64,000 nucleotides of DNA. Origin: Candidatus Poriferisocius sp. GTDB taxonomy: Bacteria; Actinomycetota; Acidimicrobiia; Acidimicrobiales; Bin134. Position numbers and translations under genes: made by a program. Below the pieces are notes generated by a model, which saw only the letters and a list, made by a program, of their open reading frames with translations, searched no databases and was not told the origin of the DNA. Where the stretch lies: contig NZ_CBDCAT010000026.1 of NCBI RefSeq assembly GCF_965214065.1, positions 77,204-141,203 on the forward strand. Reading direction: 5' to 3'. Every line of letters begins with the position of its first letter. Positions within the stretch are counted from its first letter, which is position 1. This document shows, piece by piece, positions 57,158 through 64,000 of the stretch.

Positions 57158-58240
57158 ATGGCTGAAGTCCGATACGAGAACGCCAGCCGAATCTATCCGG
57201 GAACCGACATTCCCGCGGTGGGGTCGCTCAACCTCGACATTCCCGACGGGGAGCTCTTGGTCCTCGTGGGCCCATCGGGCTCGGGCAAGTCCACTGCGCT
57301 GCGGATGCTGGCCGGGCTGGAGTTTGTCGACCAGGGCAGTGTCTACATCGACAACAAAGATGTGACGCTGACTCCGCCCCAAGACCGCGATATCGCCATG
57401 GTGTTCCAGAACTACGCCCTCTACCCCAATATGACCGTGCAGGCGAATATGGGCTTCGCGCTCAAACAGCAGGGCGTCCCGAAGGAGGAGAGGGCCGAGC
57501 GAGTGCGAGAAGCAGCCCGCATTCTCGATCTGGAGCCCTATCTGGACCGCAAGCCGAAGAACCTGTCCGGGGGACAGCGCCAGCGGGTGGCGATGGGCCG
57601 GGCAATAGTGCGCCGGCCGCAGGTCTTCTTGATGGACGAGCCGCTCTCCAACCTCGACGCCAAGCTGAGGGTTCAGACTCGAACTGAGCTCGCCGATCTC
57701 CAGGCCAGGTTGGGGGTGACCACCGTGTACGTCACCCACGATCAGGTGGAGGCCATGACCATGGGCCATCGGGTGGCGGTTCTAAAAGACGGGATCCTCC
57801 AGCAGGTTGACCGACCGCGAACTCTCTACAGCCATCCGGTCAATCTGTTCGTCGCCGGTTTCATCGGCTCGCCGGCGATGAATCTTGTCGAAGTCTCTTC
57901 CGAGGGCACGGACGGTCTGCGCCTTGGCTCCCTCTCCCTGTCCCTTGATGAGCAGACAGCCCATGATCTGGCTGCTCGCAGCCCGGGCGCCTACACGGTC
58001 GGAGTCCGCCCCGAGCACTTGCAACTGGCTGGCGAGGGCATCGCGGGGGAGGTCACCGTGGTGGAGGAACTGGGCTCAGAGTCGTACCTCCATGTCACCG
58101 TTGAGCATCAGGGTGCTCAGCTCCTTCTTGTTGTGCGCGCCGAGGGGGAAACCATGACCCAGCGCGGCGACAACGTCCAGATCTCGTGTCGAGGCCCGGT
58201 TCACGTGTTCGCTCCCAACGGCGAGCGTATCGGCGCCTGA
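57158..58240 (+). CDS. Sugar ABC transporter ATP-binding protein (MalK/SmoK-like)
   Basis: [38 protein letters not shown]. Confidence 0.96.
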   Translation: MAEVRYENASRIYPGTDIPAVGSLNLDIPDGELLVLVGPSGSGKSTALRMLAGLEFVDQGSVYIDNKDVTLTPPQDRDIAMVFQNYALYPNMTVQANMGFALKQQGVPKEERAERVREAARILDLEPYLDRKPKNLSGGQRQRVAMGRAIVRRPQVFLMDEPLSNLDAKLRVQTRTELADLQARLGVTTVYVTHDQVEAMTMGHRVAVLKDGILQQVDRPRTLYSHPVNLFVAGFIGSPAMNLVEVSSEGTDGLRLGSLSLSLDEQTAHDLAARSPGAYTVGVRPEHLQLAGEGIAGEVTVVEELGSESYLHVTVEHQGAQLLLVVRAEGETMTQRGDNVQISCRGPVHVFAPNGERIGA

Positions 58241-58256
58241 AGCACGAGATCGCAGC

Positions 58257-58296
58257 TGGCGGCCGAGGCGGAATCCCCTCCTCGCCTCGGCCGCCA
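58257..58296. terminator. GC-rich stem-loop between convergent genes
   Basis: TGGCGGCCGAGGCG-N12-CGCCTCGGCCGCCA, 14-bp stem. Confidence 0.7.
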
Positions 58297-58339
58297 TTGC
58301 TCATCGCGGTCGGATTTTGAGCGAAGGGGCAACCGGCAG

Positions 58340-59110
58340 TTAGTTGCTGGTCAGGCGCAGTCCGGCGTCCAGCCGCACGACCTCGCCGTTCAAGAAAGTG
58401 TTCTCCATGAAGTGGGCCACCAGCGCGCCGACGTCGGCGGGCGCGCCCAAGCGGTGGGGGAATATGTTGTCTTCCACCAGCTTGGCGATGAAGTCCTCGC
58501 TGAGGGTGGCCAGCATGGGGGTGTCCATGGTGCCGGGGGCGATGGTCATCACCCGGATGCCCCAGACGGCCAGATCTCGGGCCATGGGCAGGGTCAACCC
58601 GATCACCCCGGCCTTGGACGACCCATAGGCCGACTGCCCCACTTGGCCCTCGTAGCCGGCGACGGAGGCGATGTTCACGATGAGGCCCCGCTCGCCGTCG
58701 GCATTGGGCTCGTTGGCCGACATGGCCGAGACCGCATGGCGGGCCACATCGAACAACCCGATCAGGTTCACCTCGATGTGGTTGCGGAAGTGGTCCAGGG
58801 GATTGGGGGTGCCGTCTCGGGAAACCACCCGTTGGCCCGAGCTGATGCCAGCGCAGCTCACCAGGGCGTCGATGCGGCCGAAAGCCGAGGCCGCGGCAGA
58901 AACGGCTTGAGCGACATCATCGGGGTTGGTCACGTCAACGGGGACGAAGGCGGCTGCATCGCCCAGCTCGTTGGCCATAGCCTCCCCGGCTGATGAGGGA
59001 AGGTCCAAGATGACCGCCCGGCCGCCCTTGTCCAGGAGTGTCTTGACCACACCGGCGCCCAGCCCGGAGGCACCGCCGGTGACTAGTGCTACAGATCCTG
59101 CGACGTCCAT
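58340..59110 (-). CDS. SDR, 3-hydroxyacyl-CoA dehydrogenase type II (HSD17B10-like)
   Basis: TGGASGLG, GERGLIVNIASVA.YEGQVGQ.AY..SK, TLPMARDL, LNGEVVRLD. Confidence 0.92.
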   Translation of the reverse strand: MDVAGSVALVTGGASGLGAGVVKTLLDKGGRAVILDLPSSAGEAMANELGDAAAFVPVDVTNPDDVAQAVSAAASAFGRIDALVSCAGISSGQRVVSRDGTPNPLDHFRNHIEVNLIGLFDVARHAVSAMSANEPNADGERGLIVNIASVAGYEGQVGQSAYGSSKAGVIGLTLPMARDLAVWGIRVMTIAPGTMDTPMLATLSEDFIAKLVEDNIFPHRLGAPADVGALVAHFMENTFLNGEVVRLDAGLRLTSN

Positions 59111-59113
59111 TGC

Positions 59114-59911
59114 TCAGAACTCCCGGAGGCGGGCGCTGGTCGGGTCCACCTCGGTGCGCAAGATATGCAGCTCTTCGGCGGTGGGCCGGGCGGTGGTGGG
59201 GACGTCCCCGCCGGGCAACAGCACTTCGAATCCAGTGGCCTCCTGTACCTGCTCTGCGGTCACCTCAGGATGCAGCGAGGCCAGCCGCATCCGCTTGCTG
59301 GCTGGTTCGAAGTCGAATACGCACATATTGGTGATGCACAGCTGCGGCCCGCCGGGCATGCCCATGCGCTCGCGGTGGTCGCCGCCGTCGCCCCAGCCGA
59401 TGCCGGAGCGGAAGTGGAGCCGATCCACGAAGGTGCGGGGGTCGTGGGTGGACGACCACAGGTAAATGCGGGGGATCATGGCGCCGAGGTCGGCCATGCC
59501 ACCGCCACCGGGCAGGCGCACCTTGGGGGCGTCGTAGGGGCCGATCACCGTGTTGTTCACGTTGCCGTAGGCGTCCATCTGCGCCCCCCGGAAGGCGAAC
59601 GTGTTGTAGCGGGCGCCTTGGGCGTAGGTCCAGAAGTCGAAGGGGGAGTTGCTCAGCATGGAGGCTCCGCCCCACAGCGAGTCCGACAGGGTGGAGTCGC
59701 CGATCTCGTCGGGGTCGGCGTCGACGGCGATGGAGCTGGCCGCCCACACCAGCTCGGGAGCGTGGGTGCGCCGGGCCAGCAGATAGCCGCACACGGGGAT
59801 GAACGACACCGCGCCGTTGAAGGCCCGGGTGTCGTTGGACATGGCCCGGGAGAAGGTCACCACCATCAACTCGTCAATGGTGCAGTCGTAACCGAGGACT
59901 GGAGTGCTCAT
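59114..59911 (-). CDS. Class I CoA-transferase-like beta subunit (GctB/IpdB-like)
   Basis: LARRTHAP, GAQMD.YGN.N, RLPGGGG..D, ITN.CVFDF, V.EATGF. Confidence 0.85.
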   Translation of the reverse strand: MSTPVLGYDCTIDELMVVTFSRAMSNDTRAFNGAVSFIPVCGYLLARRTHAPELVWAASSIAVDADPDEIGDSTLSDSLWGGASMLSNSPFDFWTYAQGARYNTFAFRGAQMDAYGNVNNTVIGPYDAPKVRLPGGGGMADLGAMIPRIYLWSSTHDPRTFVDRLHFRSGIGWGDGGDHRERMGMPGGPQLCITNMCVFDFEPASKRMRLASLHPEVTAEQVQEATGFEVLLPGGDVPTTARPTAEELHILRTEVDPTSARLREF

Positions 59912-60777
59912 GCTGATATCCCCGTCGAGACATTGTTGACGGCTAGGAAGTCTTCCCAGGTGTCCGGGCTCACAACTCGCTCTTGGAAGAAGCGGGAGAA
60001 CTCTTCGGGGTCGCGGGCGGCCATGGAGTACTCGGTGAAGAATCCAGAGTCGTGGCCGTATTCTGGGAAGCACGAGCAGGGGTAGGCCCCCATAGGGGCG
60101 GGGGCCACCGTGTCGATCATGAATCGGGGATAGGTGGTCCGCTCCGGTTCCTCAGTGAACGCCGCAGTATCCACCACTCGTTCTACCGAGGCCACCGAGC
60201 GGGCAGCCGCGTTCACGATCTCGTTGTCCATCCACACCAGTTTGGGATTCACCCGGGTGGTGCCCCGGTGGTCGGCCTCGTGGGCGTGGACCAGGGCCAC
60301 GTCCACCGCCAGGCGGGTGCAGGCCACGTAGTGCTCCCCGGTGGGGCCGTCCTTCTCCTCCCGCACCGTGCCGCTTTCGGCGTGCAGGCCGAGCACATCG
60401 GTTCCCAGTCCAGCCTTGGTGGGCATGAACGGCAGGTTGTAGCTCTGGGCCTGTAGCCGGCAGATCAGCAGATGCTCGCTGTACTCCTCGATGGCCACTC
60501 GGCCCGACTGCACCGCGGCCCGAAAATTGGGGGCCAGGCCCAGGCCCTCGAAGCTGACCAGACCGGACATGACCCTCGCCACGCAGCCTCCGGCCACCAG
60601 CCAGTCCACCGCCATGCCGGCCACAATGGCCACCAAGTCCAAGTCTTTTTTCTGCTGGCGTACCAGCTCCCGAACCAGGGCCATGGGGGCGCTGTTCATC
60701 GACAACCCGCCGATGGCCACGGTGGAACCGTCGGGTATGGACGCCGCCGCCTCTTCCAGTGTGGTGACTTTGCTCAT
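59908..60777 (-). CDS. Class I CoA-transferase-like alpha subunit (GctA/IpdA-like)
   Basis: DG.TVAIGG...PMALVRE, LPFMP...LGTD, DVALVHA..AD..G, GAYP.SC. Confidence 0.85.
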   Translation of the reverse strand: MSKVTTLEEAAASIPDGSTVAIGGLSMNSAPMALVRELVRQQKKDLDLVAIVAGMAVDWLVAGGCVARVMSGLVSFEGLGLAPNFRAAVQSGRVAIEEYSEHLLICRLQAQSYNLPFMPTKAGLGTDVLGLHAESGTVREEKDGPTGEHYVACTRLAVDVALVHAHEADHRGTTRVNPKLVWMDNEIVNAAARSVASVERVVDTAAFTEEPERTTYPRFMIDTVAPAPMGAYPCSCFPEYGHDSGFFTEYSMAARDPEEFSRFFQERVVSPDTWEDFLAVNNVSTGISA

Positions 60778-60844
60778 GGGATTTTTCGCTTCCCCCGTGC
60801 TCGCTCTTCTTGAAGTTCTTGCAGCCCGCCGTACTATACGGCCC

Positions 60845-62068
60845 ATGACTGACGCTCCAGACATCCTCTCCCCTGAGTACAACACCAACCCGTACCCCTT
60901 CTATGAGGTGCTGCGCGACGAGTATCCGGTGATGTGGCACGAGGGCACCCAGGCCTACGTGATCAGCCGCTACGAGGACGTGGCCGGGGCGTTCCGCAAC
61001 CCCCAGATATCCAGCCGCAACTACGAGTGGCAGACCGAGCCGGTCCACGGGCGCACCATCTTGCAGATGGAGGGCAAGGAGCATTCTTCCTACCGGGGCA
61101 TCGTGAACCCGATTTTCCGGGGCAGCTATCTGGAGCAGAGCATCGTTCCGGCCATCACCAAGGCGGCCCGCAGCCAGATTGGCGAGTTCGTGGCCGACGG
61201 CGAGGTGGATCTGTGCAAGCGGTTCAGCACCCATTACCCGATCGGGGTGATCGTGCAGCTCCTCGATCTGCCGATGGAGGACGTGCCCCAGTTCTACGAG
61301 TGGTACACGATGATCATGGACTTCGTGTCCAACATCACCGGCGACGAGGAGAAGAACCGCCGGGGCATGGCCGCCCGGGTGGAGATGGGGGAGTACCTCA
61401 TGCCCAAGATCGCCGAGCGGCGGGCCAACCCCGGCGACGACCTGCTCACCGCCATGGTGACCAAGGAGTTCGACGGCGTTCAGATGACCGACGACGACAT
61501 CCGCGGCTTTTGCAGCCTGCTGCTGACCGCGGGCGGCGAGACCACAGAGAAGGCCATCACGCTGACCATGCGCAACCTGCTGGACAACCCCGACCAGATG
61601 GCCGAGGTGCGAGCCGACCGCCAGCTCATCGGTCGGGCCTTCGCCGAGACGCTGCGCTTCACCGGGCCGGTTCAGATGATCATGCGCCAAACGGAAGAGG
61701 ATGTGGAGTTCTCTGGTGGCACGGTGTCAGCGGGCCACACCCTGGAGCTGCTGCTGGGCGCAGCCAACCGTGATCCGGAGGTGTTCAGCGAGCCCGATCG
61801 GTTCAACATCCATCGCACCGACATGGAGTTCGACAAGGCGTTCACCGCCGCAGCCGACCACACTGCGTTCGCGTTGGGCCGCCATTTCTGCGTGGGATCG
61901 ATGCTGGCCCGGGCCGAGTTGACAGTGGCCCTGGATGCGCTGTTGGACGCCATGGACGACATCGCCTACGCCGACGGCTACGAGCAGGAAGAGACCGGCG
62001 TGTACACCCGGGGATTGACTTCGCTGCCGCTGACGTTCACGCCGAATCCAGATTTTGTTGCCGGGTGA
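60845..62068 (+). CDS. Cytochrome P450 (CYP159/CYP134-like)
   Basis: APDILSPE...PY, NYEWQ.EPVHGRTILQ, LLTAGGETTEK, ETLR, FALGRHFCVG; TACTAT -10 7 nt upstream. Confidence 0.94.
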   Translation: MTDAPDILSPEYNTNPYPFYEVLRDEYPVMWHEGTQAYVISRYEDVAGAFRNPQISSRNYEWQTEPVHGRTILQMEGKEHSSYRGIVNPIFRGSYLEQSIVPAITKAARSQIGEFVADGEVDLCKRFSTHYPIGVIVQLLDLPMEDVPQFYEWYTMIMDFVSNITGDEEKNRRGMAARVEMGEYLMPKIAERRANPGDDLLTAMVTKEFDGVQMTDDDIRGFCSLLLTAGGETTEKAITLTMRNLLDNPDQMAEVRADRQLIGRAFAETLRFTGPVQMIMRQTEEDVEFSGGTVSAGHTLELLLGAANRDPEVFSEPDRFNIHRTDMEFDKAFTAAADHTAFALGRHFCVGSMLARAELTVALDALLDAMDDIAYADGYEQEETGVYTRGLTSLPLTFTPNPDFVAG

Positions 62069-62082
62069 GGACGGGTCACCCT

Positions 62083-62235
62083 TATACTGATTGCGGTCCT
62101 CTAGACCAATAAGGTTGGACCGGAGCGAGGGTGGTAGAACCCCTTTTGAGGTGTCCTCGCTCCGGCCCGACTAAGACTCTATCCACCGATGTGGATGAAA
62201 GTGATTGAAAATCACTAGAACGCGGTAGAGGCTCC
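62083..62235 (+). ncRNA. Putative structured ncRNA; IS110 left-end/bridge-RNA-like orphan element
   Basis: TATACT -10 at 62083-88. Stem CCGGAGCGAGG (62120-30)/CCTCGCTCCGG (62155-65) encloses an internal loop and small hairpin. A second domain CTCT..ACCG/CGGT-AGAG encloses an internal loop and GTGATT-GAA-AATCAC. Lower GC than flanks. Confidence 0.5.
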
Positions 62236-62253
62236 TCTTGTTTGGATAGGCTA

Positions 62254-63867
62254 TTACCGCGGCACCACGTATCCGGCGTCGTCGCGGTCCCAGGTCTCGG
62301 GAGTAATGCCTTCTTCGCGCAGCTTGAACTTCTGCACCCGCTCTGAGGGGGTCTTGGGCAGATCGTCGCACCAGCGTACGAATCGGGGGACGGCGAAGTG
62401 GGCCATGCGGGGGACGCAGAAGTCGAGCAGATCGGTCTCGGAGAGCTCGTGGTCGGGCTTGAGCACCACCACGGCCATCACCTCCTCTTCGCCTAGCTCG
62501 GAGGGCACGCCTATCACCGCTGACTCCAGCACCGCGTCGCAGGTGTTGATCACTGCTTCTACTTCGTAGGAGGAGATGTTCTCGCCCCGGCGGCGCACGC
62601 AGTCCTTCATCCGGTCGATAAAGGTCAGGTAGCCGTCCTCGTCTAGGCGGCCCCGGTCGCCGGTGTGGAACCACAGATTGCGGAACGTCTCCACCGTGAC
62701 GTCGGGCATGTCGAAGTAGCTGTCGATCATGATGTAAGGCTTCTTGGGCCTAACCACGATCTCGCCCGCGGTGTTCGGCGGTACCGGTCGATCCTCGGAA
62801 TCCACCACGGCTACGTGGTAGAGCGCCGACTCCCGGCCTGCGGTGCCGATCTTGCGCATCCCGCGGCGGTTCTCGGTGGTGATGGCCACCTCGGTCATGC
62901 CGTACACCTCCGAGAGGTGGACTCCGAAGCGATCTTCGAAAGGCTCCCAGATCTCCACCGGACAGGGTGCGCCGAAACCATTGCGCACCGGGTTGTGGGC
63001 GTCATCGGCACGTTCGGGCTGTTTCCACAGCATCATGATCAGCCCGCCCTGGTAGTTGAAGGCGGTGATTCCCTCGGCCCGGCACCGGTCCCAGAACCGG
63101 CTGGCCGAGAACCGCCGGTCCATGATGAGCCGGGCGTCGGCCTCCATGGCGCACATCACACTGGTGTACTTGGCGTTGATGTGGAACAGCGGGAAGGCGG
63201 TGTAGAGCACGTCGTCGGCGTCGTAGCCCACCAAGTCGACAGTGTGGCGGGCCAGGTTCAGGTTGGCCTCGTGGCACAGCATCACGCCTTTGGACGGGCC
63301 GGTGGTACCGGAGGTGTACAAGATGACTGCGGTATCCCGGTAATCGACCTCGGGTTCCGGGGGCGGAGAGTCGAGGTACAGATCGCTCAACTCGTGGAGG
63401 GTGACGTGGCCGGGGAATTCGGGAGTGCCTGCGTCTACAGTGCCCTCGGCTCGGTTGACCACAACGTGCTCTAGGCCGGGAAGGCTCGGAGCCGCCTCGG
63501 CGATGCGGTCCAAATAGTCGGCATCGCAAACTACCGCCGAAGAGCGCGACTGGCTGATCAGGTACTCCAGTAGATGGCCTCTATAGGCCTGGTTGATGGG
63601 TACTTCCACTACTCCGGCCTTATTCATGGAGAACCAGGCGTCGATGCACTCAAGGGAGTTCTGCATCATCAAACAAGAGCGGTCGCCCGGTCCCAGGCCC
63701 AGTGAGGCCAGGCCGGCAGCCAGGCGGTCGGAGTCGGCATGGACCCCGGCATAGGTCTTGTCCCGACCCTCCACGGTGAGGGCCAGACGGTCGCCGTTGA
63801 CCTCGGCCTTATGGCGGATCCACGTGCCGATGGTGCGCGGGCTGTCTGGGCTAATTGTCCAACTCAT
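62254..63867 (-). CDS. ATP-dependent acyl-CoA ligase (CaiC/crotonobetaine-carnitine ligase-like)
   Basis: YTSGTTGPSKG, PLFHINA, YGMTE, HTGD, RRRGENISS, PKTPSERVQK. Confidence 0.93.
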   Translation of the reverse strand: MSWTISPDSPRTIGTWIRHKAEVNGDRLALTVEGRDKTYAGVHADSDRLAAGLASLGLGPGDRSCLMMQNSLECIDAWFSMNKAGVVEVPINQAYRGHLLEYLISQSRSSAVVCDADYLDRIAEAAPSLPGLEHVVVNRAEGTVDAGTPEFPGHVTLHELSDLYLDSPPPEPEVDYRDTAVILYTSGTTGPSKGVMLCHEANLNLARHTVDLVGYDADDVLYTAFPLFHINAKYTSVMCAMEADARLIMDRRFSASRFWDRCRAEGITAFNYQGGLIMMLWKQPERADDAHNPVRNGFGAPCPVEIWEPFEDRFGVHLSEVYGMTEVAITTENRRGMRKIGTAGRESALYHVAVVDSEDRPVPPNTAGEIVVRPKKPYIMIDSYFDMPDVTVETFRNLWFHTGDRGRLDEDGYLTFIDRMKDCVRRRGENISSYEVEAVINTCDAVLESAVIGVPSELGEEEVMAVVVLKPDHELSETDLLDFCVPRMAHFAVPRFVRWCDDLPKTPSERVQKFKLREEGITPETWDRDDAGYVVPR

Positions 63868-64000
63868 AGAAGTTTCCGTTAGTTCAACACTTCGGGGGCC
63901 TCGCGCAGCAGTTTTCGCACCGCCCCCTCCCAGAAATATCTGACCGTCATGTGATGGCTGTTGACCGCGGCCTTAAGCGTGGGACGCTGCTCGGGGGGCA

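Noticed and set aside
62171-62674. 167-aa minus-strand ORF crossing the structured intergenic element
   Set aside because: Alternative frame within the CoA ligase 3' end, Arg/Pro-rich, with no transposase similarity visible.

Overview
High-GC, gene-dense actinobacterial DNA. The acidic proteins, mycothione reductase and Mycobacterium-like sterol/lipid enzymes suggest an Acidimicrobiia-type organism, possibly marine or host-associated (inference). Most of the window encodes lipid/steroid-type catabolic enzymes: five acyl-CoA synthetases, a FadE26/FadE27-like acyl-CoA dehydrogenase pair, two enoyl-CoA hydratases, two OB-fold+thiolase pairs, three cytochrome P450s, several SDRs and an IpdAB/Gct-like pair. 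Housekeeping genes (trpC, aroC, coaE, gcvP, mtr), three ABC transporters, an M16 lipoprotein peptidase and a polyol utilisation locus are interspersed. Most unusual elements: (i) a ~2.7-kb toxin-antitoxin islet (HTH/DUF6922-like + AbiEii-type nucleotidyltransferase, and vapBC) around a 103-aa in-frame chimera of an SbcD/Mre11-like N-terminus and a Rad50/YhaN-like C-terminus that keeps a PafBC-type DNA-damage promoter; (ii) three tandem 38-bp variant copies of the M16 peptidase 3' end; (iii) an orphan ~170-nt structured intergenic element at 62.1-62.2 kb with two stem/internal-loop/hairpin domains resembling an IS110 bridge RNA, but with no recombinase gene nearby. No rRNA, tRNA or CRISPR array was seen. 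All family assignments come from motif recognition by eye, not database searches.
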